Source: the human T2T-CHM13v2.0 reference genome, Homo sapiens. Taken from it: a DNA stretch of 64,000 bases. The DNA lies in NCBI RefSeq assembly GCF_009914755.1, contig NC_060936.1; one strand, written 5' to 3'. Positions 44,872 to 56,304 of this stretch are shown in pieces (the first letter of the stretch is position 1; every line of letters begins with the position of its first letter). The notes beneath the pieces were generated by a model that saw only the letters and a list, made by a program, of their open reading frames with translations, was not told where the DNA came from and made no database searches. Position numbers and translations under genes: made by a program.

Positions 44872-45209
44872 AACTTCGAGGGCCTCGGACCTCCGGAGCC
44901 TGAGCAAGTTCCAGGAGCTCGAGCCGCCACGACGGCCCGAGCCGGCACGGACGGCCCCAGGAGATTCGTCACGGAAACCTCGCCCCACCAAGGCGGCCCC
45001 TAAAGACAAAACGGCCCGCCCGAGGTGAGTCACCGAGGAGAACCGGAGGGGAATGAGCCCCTGTCGGCGACGCTGTCTCTCGGCCCGGGAGAAAGGACCG
45101 GGAACGGAGGCTAGAGGCGGTGGTCGAGGCCGCTGGACGGTTGCCGGCCGGTGACCGGTCCCGAGGCTGCCCGGGTGACTCTGCCGCCGCCGCCGCGTCA
45201 GCGGCCTCG

Positions 45210-45233
45210 GCCCCGCCCCCGGCTCCTCATTGG
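45210..45233 (-). promoter_or_regulatory. Proximal GC box (GGGGCGGGGC, 45210-45219) and CCAAT box (45229-45233)
   Basis: Exact Sp/KLF and NF-Y core motifs immediately upstream of the inferred TSS. Confidence 0.8.
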
Positions 45234-45246
45234 AGGGCGCGCTCCC

Positions 45247-45287
45247 CTCGTGACCACCGGCACCTCACGTTTCTGAAGTGTGTTTAC
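45247..45287 (-). promoter_or_regulatory. Clock-control cassette: E-box-like CACGAG (45247-45252), E'-box CACGTT (45266-45271), overlapping D-box-like TTCAGAAA/AAACGTGA (45265-45277), forkhead GTAAACA (45281-45287)
   Basis: Minus strand reads GTAAACACACTTCAGAAACGTGAGGTGCCGGTGGTCACGAG. This matches the E/E'-box plus D-box arrangement I recall for the mammalian Cry1 proximal promoter. Confidence 0.85.
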
Positions 45288-45479
45288 TACACTGGCTCGG
45301 AGGGGTAATCTGCTCGCGCTTCGGTCGCTTTTGGAGGAGCGGCAGCCGCTTGATCCCAAACTTGTTGACCCTCGTCCACACGCTGAACTCACTGCCTCTG
45401 CCCCTTTCCTGTGCCGACTGGTGGCCGTCCCTTGGAAGCAAATCGCGTTGACCACAGGCCCCTTGTGAGGGAAGGCTTA

Positions 45480-45632
45480 GCCCCGCCCCCAAGGGCCATG
45501 AGCGGCCACCATTGGCCGAGGCTCGCTGAGACCCGGATGAGCACGGGGATGCGGGGAGCTTGCGGGCGCGCGCGCTGCTCCGTTAGGCGCGCGTGCGCTC
45601 TCGCTGCGTTCCAGAGGGTAAGGGGGCGGGGC
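45480..45632. promoter_or_regulatory. Distal promoter module: GC box (45480-45489), CCAAT (45511-45515), NRF1-like GCGCACGCGC (45589-45598), plus-strand GC box (45623-45632)
   Basis: Motifs read directly from the sequence. Confidence 0.65.
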
Positions 45633-46721
45633 CGGCGGGCAGGAGCGCGCTCGGCGATTCCTCCCGTGGGATTTGGGGAGGGCCTGGAAATTGTCCGGTT
45701 TCCTTCAGGAGCCAGTGGTGGAGTCGGGCGGAGAGTGAGGGGAGGATGGAGTGGAAGGAGGAGAGTGGGAGGCTCCACGTACATTTCAAGTCCAAACCAT
45801 GTGCTTCAATCCTGCTTTGGCCAGAGAACCCTACTTTGGAGATTGTGGAGCTGTGCCCCTCCACTCTCCTGGCCCTTGGGTGCCTCCTCCCCCTTGTACA
45901 TACTCTGGGGAAAAGGGTAATTGGCAGGACGGATGCCAGGCATTCCTGGACTTCCTGGAATTTTTTTAATACTAGCGATATATATCATCAACCTTTCACC
46001 CCTCGTCTCTTACATTTAATGTAGTTTACCGGTCTCTTTGAAACTGGACGTTTGTCTACTTTTCCAGCGACAGTGAACTGCAGGCCATGGCATCCCTTAG
46101 ATATATGATGCCCTTAAATTCATTCAATGATTACTTTTTGAATGAACTAGGCACTGTTCAAAGCACTAGAGATACAGGAGATACTTAATAAAACAGACTA
46201 AAACCCCACCCCTCCTGGGGTTTACAATTTGTCTCTTAACCTTTGCTGTTTTTTCCTCTATAAAATACTCTTCTTTGGAATCCAGTACTCAATATTACCA
46301 CCTTTGAGCTACCTAGGATATTTCTACGCATCCCTTTAGACTCAGATGAAATAATAACTAATTTCTGAAAGTATTCCTGATCCCTAGGGCAAATTTAGGA
46401 CCTCCCTGGGTTCTCCAAGTATGTTTCTGTTACATCACTTTTCACACTACCGTGAAAATTAGTTGAAAAGTGCCCATTCCTAGCAATACCAACTCAGTAA
46501 TAGTACTTATTATCATAATAATGTGCCTCTGATTCCCTCTGAAGTGTGATTTCTCAAGGACTGGGTCTGTATTCAGTTTTCTTTTGTTTTTATTTTTTGC
46601 ATCAACACCAGAACAGAGCCTGACATAGGCAAATGCTTATTTAATGAATGAATGAGTGAGTGAGTGAGTGCTGTTGGCCACCAGTGTGTTTGGCAAAGTT
46701 AAAAGAAAGAAGGAGATGGCA

Positions 46722-47145
46722 ATTCTTATTGGTTGAATTGTGTGTCCCCAAAATCATATAACTCTCAATGACTATAAATGTGGCCTTATTTGGAAATAAG
46801 GTCTTTGTACATGCTCAAGTTAAGATGAGGTCATTAGGGTGCACCCTAATCCAGTGTGATTGGTGGCCTCATATAGTGGAGAAATTTAGACACAGAAATA
46901 CATATACATACAGGGAAAATACCATGTAAAGATTGGAACTGTGCTGCCACAAGCCAAGGAACTACTGGAAGCTAGGAGAAAGACCTGGAACAGATCCTTT
47001 CTTAGCACCTTCACAGGACTGTCGCACTGCTGACACCTTGATTTTGAACTTCTGGCCTCTAGAACTGCGAGACAGTTAGTTCCTATTGTTCTAAGCCTCC
47101 CAATTTGTGGTGCTTTTTTACAGCAGCCCTAGCAAACTAGTGCAG
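46722..47145 (+). mobile_element. MLT1C-like LTR
   Basis: GGTTGAATTGTGTGTCCCC...GCCACAAGCCAAGGAAC...ACAGCAGCCCTAGCAAACTA. Confidence 0.8.
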
Positions 47146-47281
47146 CAATAAAGTAAATTCAATACTCTAGAGAGCCAATCTGTCTGAATAGTCTTCCCTA
47201 CTTCTGCTTCTGTTGCCACAAGAAGTATATATCAGCCTTTCTTTGGTTCTGTAAGAATACTTTTAAAATTATATATATGAA

Positions 47282-49608
47282 TGATATGGTTTGGCTGTGT
47301 CCCCACACAAATCTCATCTTCAATTGTAGTTCCCATAATCCACACGTGTTGTAGGAGGGACCCGGTAGGAGGTAATTTAATCATGGGGGCAGTTACCTTC
47401 ATGCTGTTCTCATGATAGTGAGTGAGTTCTCACAAGATCTGATGGTTTTATAGGGGGCTTTTCCCCCTTTTGCTTAGCACTTCTCCTTCCTGCCTCTATG
47501 TGAAGAAGGTTGTGTTGGCTTCCCCTTCTAGCATGATGATCAGTTTTCTGAGGCCTCCCCAGCCATGCTGAACAGTGAGTCAATTAAACTTCTTTCCTTT
47601 ATAAATTACCCAGTCTTGAGTGTGTCTTTATTAGCAGCATGAGAACAGACTAATATAGTAAATTGCTACTGGGAGGTGCTGCTATAAGGATACCCAAAAA
47701 TATGGAAGCACCTTTGGAACTGGGTAACAGGCAGAGGTTGGAATGGTTTGGAGGGCTCATAGGAAGACAGGAAAATGTGGGGAAGTTTGGAACTTCCTGG
47801 AGACTTGTTGAATGGCTTTGACTAAATTACTGATAGGGATATGGACAATGAAGTCCAGGCTGAGGTGGTCCCAGATGGAGATGATCTTTTTGGGAACTAG
47901 AATAAAGGTGACTTTTGCTATGTTTTAGCAAAGAGATCTGTGAAACTTTGAACTTGAGAGAGATGATTTAGGGTATCTGGCAGAAGAAATTTCAAAGCAG
48001 CAAAGCATTCAAGAGGTGTCTTGGGTGCTGTTAAAAGTATTCAGTTTTATATATTCACAAATAATATGGCTTGGAATTGGAACTTATGTTTAAAAGGGAA
48101 GCAGAGCATAAAAGTTTGGAAAATTTGCAGCCTGACAATGTGATAAGAAAGAAAAACCTATTTTCTGAGGAGAAATTCAGACCAGCTGCAGAAATTTGCC
48201 TAAGTAATTTGGAGCCAAATGTTATTCTCCAAGACAATGGGGAAAACGTCTCCAGGGCATGTCAGAGGTCTTCACAGCAGCCCCTCCCATCACAGACCCA
48301 GAGGCCTAGGAGGAAAAAATGGTTCTGTGGGCCAGGCCCAGGGCCTTGCTGCTTTGTGCAGCCTTGGGACTTGGCGCCCTGTGTTCCAGCTGTGGTTAAA
48401 GGGGGCCAACGTACAGCTCAGGCCATGGCTTGAGGGTGCAAGCTCCAAGCCTTGGCATCTTCCACATGGTGTTCAGCCTTGACAGAAGTCAAGAATTCAA
48501 GTTTGGGAACCTCTGCCTAGATTTCAGAGCATGTATAGAAATGCCTGGATGTCCAGGCAGAAGTTTTCTGTGGTGGCAGATCTCTCATGCAGAACCTCTG
48601 CTAGGACAGTGCAGAAGAGAAATGTAGGGTTGGAGCCCCATACAGAGTTTCCACTGGGGCACTGCCTAGTGGAGCTGTGAGAAGAGGGCCACCATCCTCC
48701 AGACCCCAGAATGGTAGATCCACCGACAGCTTTCACCGTGCACCTGGAAAAGCTGCAGACACTCAACACCAGCCTGTGAAGGAAGCTGGGAGGGGGGCTG
48801 TGTCCTGCAAAGCCACAGGGGCATAGCTGCCAAAGAGGTGGGAGCCCACCTCTTGCATTAGCATGACCTGGATGTGAGACATAAAGTCAGAGGAGATCAT
48901 TTTGGAACTTTAAGGTTTAATGACTGCCCTATTGGATTTCAGACTCATGTGGGGCTTGTAGCCCCTTCATTTTGGCCAATTTCTCCCATTTGGAATGGGT
49001 ATATTTACTGAATGCCTGTAACTCCCTCCACTGTATCTGGGAAGTAACTAACTTGCTTTTGATTTTACAGGCTTATAGGTGGAAGGGACTTGCCTTGTCT
49101 CAGGTAAGACTTTGGACTTGGACTTTTGGGTTAATACCTGAATGAGTTAGGACTTTGGGGGACTGTTGGAAGGGTATGATTGTGTTTAAAAATGTGAGGA
49201 CATGAGATTTGGGAAGGGTCAGGGCTGGAATGATATGGTTTGGGTGTGTCCCCACCCAAATCTCATCTTGAACCGCAGTTCTGATAATCCCCATGTGTTG
49301 TGGGAAGGATCCAGCAGGAGGTAATTTAATCATGGGGGCAGTTACCCCCTTTCTGTTCTCATGATAGTGAGTGAGTTCTCTTGAGATCTGATGGTTTTAT
49401 GAAGGGCTTTTCCCCCTTTTGCTCGGTACTTCTCCTTGGTGCCTCCATGTGAAGAAGGGTGTATTGGCTTCCTTTTCCACCATGGTGGTCAGTTTTCTGA
49501 GGCCCCCCACAAGCCATGCTGAACTGTGAGTCAGTTAAACCTCCTTCCTTTATAAATTACCCAGTCTCGGGTACATTTGTATTAGCAGTGTGAGAACATA
49601 CTAATACA
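47282..49608 (+). mobile_element. Full THE1 (THE1C-like) MaLR provirus: LTR 47282-47657, internal 47658-49230, LTR 49231-49608
   Basis: Two direct LTRs TGATATGGTTTGG...CTAATA(T/C)A, a purine tract before the 3' LTR, and 5-bp TSD ATGAA (47277-47281; 49609-49613). Confidence 0.95.
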
Positions 49609-49619
49609 ATGAAAACCCT

Positions 49620-49832
49620 GGGGAGGATCCCCTGAGCCCAAGAGTTAGAGAGCAGCCTGGGCAACATGGTAACACCCCATATCTACAAAAGATACAAAGA
49701 AATTAGCCAGGCCTGGTCCAGCTACTAGGGAGACTGAGGTAGAAGGATTGATGTAGCTGGCAGATGGAGGCTGCAGTGAGCCAAGACCATGCCACTGCAC
49801 TCCAGCCTGGGTGACAGAGTGAGACCCTGTCA
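49620..49832 (+). mobile_element. AluJ, partial
   Basis: Alu consensus match; the tail has become a purine repeat. Confidence 0.88.
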
Positions 49833-50143
49833 AGAAAAGGAAAGGAAAGGAAAGGAAAGGAAAGGAAAGGAAAGGAAAGGAAAGGAAAGGAAAGGAAAGG
49901 AAGAGGGAGGGAAAAGAAAAGAAAAGGAAAGGAAGAGGGAGGGAAAAGAAAAGAAAAGGAAAGGAAAGAAAAGGGAAGAAAGAAAGAAAGAAAAAGAAGG
50001 GGGAGGGAGGGAGGGGAAGGAAGGAAAGAAAGAGAAAGAGAGAGAAGGGGAGAGGGGAAGGGAAGGGAGGGGAGGGGAGGGGGATTAGGGAGGAGAGGGG
50101 GAGGGGAGGGGAAGAGGAGAGGAGGGGAGGGAAGGGAAGGGAA
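49833..50143 (+). repeat. (GGAAA)n grading into GA/G-rich purine tract
   Basis: About 310 bp of purines with only a TT interruption near 50085. Confidence 0.97.
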
Positions 50144-52073
50144 ACCCTGTGTTCACTGTAAAGTGTTAAGCAAATATGGGTCATTTTTACTGATGAGGAT
50201 AAGCCTTGGGTCATCACCACACTTAGCCTCCCCTCGCCTATGCAGCAGATCTGGTATACAGAGCTGTGCCTTCACTTGGATTGCTTCATTCTTCAGGGCC
50301 CATTATTGTACTTTTTAAAATACAATGTTTTGTGTTTCCTTTTAGGCAATTTGAAAGTAAGCAGATTGTGTCTAAAGACATAAGAATTGTTTTCAAGCAT
50401 CCAAATGAAACAGTGGGAGGTGCAGAGAATATTGATTTGTATAGAGTTGACTTACGTTTGTGGATTTTTCATTCAATAAAAACAGGTTTTTTTTTTTAAA
50501 CAGCTGTGTGGGGGTGTGTGTATAACTTTCATTTAAACATAAAATGCTAATTTATTATAAAAGTGTCAGTAGTGTCAACTGCACATTCCTCAAATACTGA
50601 AGGGTTTTTATGGCATATAAATGATTTAGGGGAGGAGGGTTACCATTTAATACTAGCTATGGCTTTTGAGCACCTACTATGTGCAAGCTTATTTGTATAG
50701 ATTATTAATCCTAGTAATCTTAATTATGCAGTTTATTAATATTTAATAATTATTTAATAAGAATCTGTGCCCAGTTTGCTGTTGAAGAAACAGAAACTCA
50801 GAAACACAAATACATAGTCAAACCCGTTGAAAAACTAATACTGTTTTTGGATCCAAAACTCTTTCCTTAAAATATACCATCCCTCACTGACACACACACT
50901 CCCATTCTTTTCAGAGTGAATATTATGTATAAAGGGGGAAAGAAGAGGTGGAGGCCATTGTTAGGAATCATTTTTGAAATTCTGGTTGGCTCCAACATTG
51001 TGGTGGTAAGAGAGTACAGGACTAAGAGGAAGAGAGCAGTTTGTATCTCAGCTTGCCATTAAATTAGTTGATCATCTTGAACAAGTCACCCAGGTTTTCT
51101 TGGCCTAATTCATCTATAAAATGAGGGAACTGAACTACATGATTTCTAAGTTTTCTGTGCTATTTTAAAATTCTATGAACGTGACCCTGCTGTGAGCTCA
51201 GAAATATATGAGTCCTGTTAAAGGTTCTTTTAACTGCCAACAATGTTAGAAAAATCAATGTATCCTTGATTTCATGAACACTCTTGATAAAAGTGAGTCA
51301 GATCTCTAAATCAAAAGCCTGTGTTGTCTCTTGAACCCATCTTGCAGAGGTGATTTTTGGCATCTGTTAATACACAAATAATGAAGGAGTAGACAGTCTG
51401 TTCAGCTCGTTCAATCCTGATATGATGTGAATGTTGGCTGAGTATCCTTCACACTGGAGTCTTTGGGGGATTGAATTTAAATGTGTTAAAGGGTGATTTT
51501 TTTTTTAAGACAGGGTCTCATTCTGTTGCCAACGCTGGAGTGCAGTAGCATGGTCATAGCTCACTGTAATTATTTTTTAAAGGTAAGTTATGACTTTTTT
51601 ATGAATATAAAATGAACATGTCAAAAATTTCACTTAACTCACTAATTAATGAAGGAACCCATATGATGTTACAATGGATTAAACGGAGGATCCAAAGAGC
51701 AGTTACACAGATAGGCCGTCATGCATTTAAAATGAATTTGCTTAATATATGTGAAACTGACTTCTTCCACAGAGGGGTAGGGGAATGGAGATCAATTGTA
51801 CTTTCACAGGACAGCATTCATTTGCATGTCCAAGGACAGGATTCATTTGCATTGCTATCAATTATCTGCAATTTACAGAGTTATAAAATAGCTCAAATAT
51901 AGCAAAAAAAAAAAAAAACTAAAATGATAGGCAGAGAATAACTTGAAGGGTACACTGGTCAAGAGACCTAGTAATCTTTTTCGACTATTTCAAGATCATC
52001 CAGAATTTTTTGCTAACTCTTCAGAGAGGTCCTCCATGTCTACCTATTCTTAAAAGGGTCTCTCTCTCTCTCT

Positions 52074-52389
52074 GTTTTTTTTTGTTTTTTTTTGTTTTTT
52101 TTTGTTTTTTTTTTAGACAAGGTCTCTGTCATCCAGGCCACGGAGTGGAGTCGGGTGATCATAGCTCAGGGTCAATGCAGCCTTGACCTCCTAGGCTCAA
52201 GTGATCCTCCTATCTCAGCCTTCTGAGTAGCTGGGACCACCACCATGCACCAGCTATTTTTTAACATTTTTTTAGAGATGAGGTCTCCCTGTATTGCCCA
52301 GGCTGGTCTCCAGCTCCTGGACTCAAGTGATTCTCTCATCTCAACCTCCCAAAGTGCTGGGATTACAGACATGAAACACTGTGCCTGGC
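52074..52389 (-). mobile_element. AluJ
   Basis: Alu consensus match; TAAAAGGGTC-like flanks. Confidence 0.9.
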
Positions 52390-52667
52390 TAAAAAGGGTC
52401 CCTTCTTATTCTTTATCATAGTTCTCTATTTACTTTTGTCGTGGCACCAATTATGATCTGTGTTTTTGTTTGTTTGTTTACTTATTTATTCTCAGTCAAC
52501 CTATGCCTGCTCCAACCCCAAATGCAAACTCCAGGAGGGCAGAGTATTTGTTATATCATTACTACTTGCTACAATGCCTTGTGCTCAACTCTTAATCCAT
52601 TGTTCTTCTAGAGGCCCTGCTAACACCCAATTGATCACATTTAACACTGCATTTCATCCATATATTA

Positions 52668-53373
52668 GTTATCAATTTATTGCCTCTCAGCTCCAAATTC
52701 ATCTTTCATTACTTCCTCTCTGTTAATGGAACCAGGCCCTGTAAGGATTTCATCTTTGCCACTGGCACGATGCTAAACATTCTCAGTAGAGAGCATTGGA
52801 GGGAAACTACAGGAGGAAGGGGCTTCTCTTCCTAGTTCCGGTCTTTCTGTTTTCTTTTTCTTGTACTTATTTTGCCACTGACAAAGATGCCTTGGAGAGG
52901 GACATGCGGTAGCACTCACTTCTGTCAGGTTTCACTGGCATCTCTGCTGGTGGATCCAGTGAGTCTTGCGGGCATCCCCACAGTTGGCTACCCAGCCTCA
53001 GTCCACCTGCATTCTGGGAAGGTGTTTCCTATGGCCACTCCCATCCATGTTTTCTGCCCTCTGGCCTCTACCTGGTGAATGTAGACCCCACCTGAGCTCA
53101 GGGAAACGCAGCCAACTTCTTCATTATCCAGTGGCTACAGCAATACATTCTCCAATGAGATCCGAGTCCCACCCTTAGAGAGGATTCCCTGCACTCCCAC
53201 TTCCAAGTTTGTCCTTTGTTGGGTATTCTCCCTCAGTACTTTTGAATATTCTTTAGAATTCCCCCTACACTTTTTAAATCAATCATCTGTTATAATTGAT
53301 CATTCTATTTATTAAATATTTCCTGTTTGATTTACTGTGTGGTTTCTGTGTCTGATTGGACACTGATTGATAT
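52668..53373 (+). mobile_element. LTR33-family (ERVL) LTR
   Basis: Starts ATCAATTTATTGCCTCTCAGCTCCAAATTCA, ends GTGGTTTCTGTGTCTGATTGGACACTGATTGATA. Confidence 0.65.
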
Positions 53374-54469
53374 AGTCCATGAACTGACCTAGTCCACCAG
53401 AATGTACTTGTGAACAGTTCTCTTGTTCTTACCCTTTTTCTTGACCAGGTACTTTTAGAAAGTGTAAATAGTTACAAATGTGGCAATATGATATTGTGAA
53501 ATATTAGCCAATGTTTTTTCCCCACAGATCTTTTTCTGTCCTGTGACCATCCCCATGCAGGTCATTGGATGGGAGTCTTTTCACCTCAGAGGGGCAGAAC
53601 TAGAGGACAAAGGTAGTCCAGCATTTTTTTGTTCTAAATTCAAGAGCCTTGGTCCGGATGTAAATCAGAAAAGATTTGCTGCTTCCCACTCCTTCTCATA
53701 ACACTGTATAAAAATCCTCCAGGCTGGGGTGGAATATGAGGGCAAGGAAAATAAGATTAAAATTATCTATCTTAACTAAAGTAAGAACAAAATATCTCAT
53801 CTGCCTTTATCTAGGATTAGCTCCAGATGTCTAGATAAGTTTAGGGTGATCTGAGGGTAGAGGAGATTTGTGCCAGCTTCCCATCTGAAATCTGGAGGCT
53901 GAGTCTCATGGAAATTCCATGCCACTTTGCTATGGCTCAGCACAGTAAGCCTGTATGGGATGCCACTGGGCCTCAGAAGCCTGCAGGCTAAGAGAACAGG
54001 TGGACTTTTCTAGACTTTTCCTCATCTTTAGAGGGCCACAAAAATTACCTGAAAGACAAAACCAGATAACTAAGGGGTTATGCCAAGGGGACAGCATGGT
54101 ACAAGGTGTCACAAGAGGTTGTGGCCAAAGACCAGATGGGGACATGGGCATCTCAACACATGCCAGCCTGGAGAGATAACATTTGAAGACCAGACAGGAT
54201 CATACATTCAGCAAATGACAGTGTAGACAGGTAAGGAATGTCAGCCAGATCAATACCCTTCCTTTGTAAGGATGTAATGTTCCTTAAGCATCTGGGGACA
54301 GAGATGCTATCCTGAAGAGAAGCAGGAGACATCTCCTTAGATGTTTTTCAGAATTGATTGAATTTCAACGTGAAATGATCTAGAATTGACTAGCCCAGTT
54401 TTCAACCAGTGAGCAGACTGAGACTTTAAAATAGTTTAACTCTAGTTTAGCTCTAGAAAAATGAAGGCA

Positions 54470-54765
54470 GGCTGGGCACGGTGGCTCATACCTGTAATCT
54501 CAGCACTTTGGGAGGCCGAGGCAGGCAGATCACCGGAGGTCAGGAGATCGAGACCAGCTTGGCCAACATGGCAAAACCCCATCTCTATTAAAAATACAAA
54601 AATTAGCCAGGTATGGTGGTGCGTGCAGGTGGTCCCAACTACACGGGAGGCTGAGGCAGGAGAATCGCTTGAATCCAGGAAGTGGAGATTGCAGTGGCTG
54701 AGATCATGCCACTGCACTCCAACCTGGGTGACAGAATGAGACTCCATCTTAAAAAAAAAAAAAAA
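54470..54765 (+). mobile_element. AluS
   Basis: Full dimer; TGAAGGCA flanks both sides. Confidence 0.95.
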
Positions 54766-56251
54766 AGTGAAGGCATCTGATTTACAGACTGAAAAATATA
54801 GTAGTTGCTACTAAATCCAGCCAAATGTTGTAGAAACTCCAAAGACCTGCACAAGCTATCTGGCACTGCGATCTGGCCTGCCTCTGCATCCTCTTCGCGG
54901 CCCATCCATCTCTCTGGCTTCTACTCTTCCCACTCTCTTCTTACTCACTCCTTGCTCTTCCTCAAGCAGGCCAGCAATGCTCCCTCTGGCCTTGCTACTT
55001 CCTCTGCCTGGAATGTTCTTTCCCAAGACATTCTCATGCCTCCCTCCCTCATTGCCCTCAGGTGTCTGCCCCAGTATCACCTCCTTAGGGTGGTCTTCTT
55101 ACCTGTCCACTGCATCTACACCCCTCATCCTTCTCTATTCCCTTTATCCCCTTGATTTTTCTTTACAGCACTCACCAGTATTTGATATTATGTTATATAT
55201 TTGTTTGGTTACATGTGTCTCTCCCCACTGGAGTATTTATATTTGTTGATATTTATGTAAGTGAATATTTATTAAGTGAATGAATTGTTATTCACAATAT
55301 TTATTATATTATTTATTTATTATTAATTAATTATTGTTAATAAATATTTATTTATTAAGTGAATGGTTAAATGTCCAAAATTCTCTAAATAATCTCCAAG
55401 ATAAATTGAATCCTTACTATATGCCAGACACAGAACTACTCTATTAGGTACTTTGCTAAGTACCTTAGATAACATTACTTAATTTTTACAACAGCCCCTA
55501 TGAGATAGATATTACTACTGCCATCTTATGATGAGAAAACTGAGGTCCAGAGTGGTTAAGTTCTCATAACTTGTCTTTGAAGCTAAAAGAGGCAGGATAC
55601 AAAGCCAGGCTCTCCCAACTCCAGAGGCTGTGGGTTGCCCAGCATACTCTACTGCCTCCATTGCACTGGTATTTAGGTGCTTTTATATAGGTGCAAACCA
55701 AGGGCTATCAGAGCATGGGGGAAGGCAGAATAATTCTGGTTAAGACAAACCTGGGAAGGCCTTCTGTAGAAAGTAGCACTTATACTAGGCAAATTTAAAA
55801 CATATTTTTTTTTGTTTAAAAAAAAGGAACAAAAAAGAAAGGATTCCAAAGGAGTAGATGGTTGTGCAACTTACGGCAATATATTTATTAAAAATGTTCA
55901 TGTGGTGAAGTCGATATATGTAAGAAAAAGGTTGTCAAGTATAAATAGAAGATCTAATGAACAATGACAGTTACCTGGAGGGGTATTTTTTATAACTGCA
56001 ATATCAACAGAGCCTGCTGGTAGGAAGCAGGGAAGAAATGGAAAGAAAGAACAGAGAGATGGCACTGAATCGTGCTGTGCATTACTCAGAGCTATCAAAG
56101 TGCTTCTATGGTGCTTAGCTCCGTGGTACTTGGGCATTTAGTGGGGACAAAACCAGCCACTCTTGGGGTTGTTGTATTGAGATGGTAATACTTGGAAGAG
56201 GGGTCAGGGTAGAGAAGTGGATTTAGTAGTTGCTTCGTGTATCAACCAAAG

Positions 56252-56252
<1 letters not shown>

Positions 56253-56300
<48 letters not shown>
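56253..56300 (+). repeat. (CA)n microsatellite, about 24 units
   Basis: Direct read. Confidence 0.97.

Positions 56301-56304
<4 letters not shown>

Larger units (their letters stand above)
44595..45182 (-). other. CRY1: CRY1 5'UTR (exon 1), about 590 nt, GC-rich
   Basis: Continuous GC-rich sequence upstream of the ATG. Likely TSS at about 45182 (GC|AGAGTCACC) lies 28 bp below a GC box and about 47 bp below a CCAAT box. The exact TSS is inferred from motif spacing and my recollection of the mRNA start. Confidence 0.75.
44320..45780. promoter_or_regulatory. CpG island spanning the CRY1 promoter and exon 1
   Basis: Abrupt shift to very high GC with dense CpG, against a CpG-depleted AT-rich background. 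Confidence 0.97.

Noticed and set aside
44521-46024. Overlapping ORFs of 60-169 aa in the CpG island
   Set aside because: Expected from stop-codon scarcity in GC-rich DNA; Arg/Gly/Pro/Ala-rich with no recognisable domain. The real CRY1 frame is a spliced 158-bp segment.
49645-50220. 191-aa Phe/Pro/Leu/Ser ORF and Lys/Glu/Arg ORF
   Set aside because: Translation of the purine tract and Alu.
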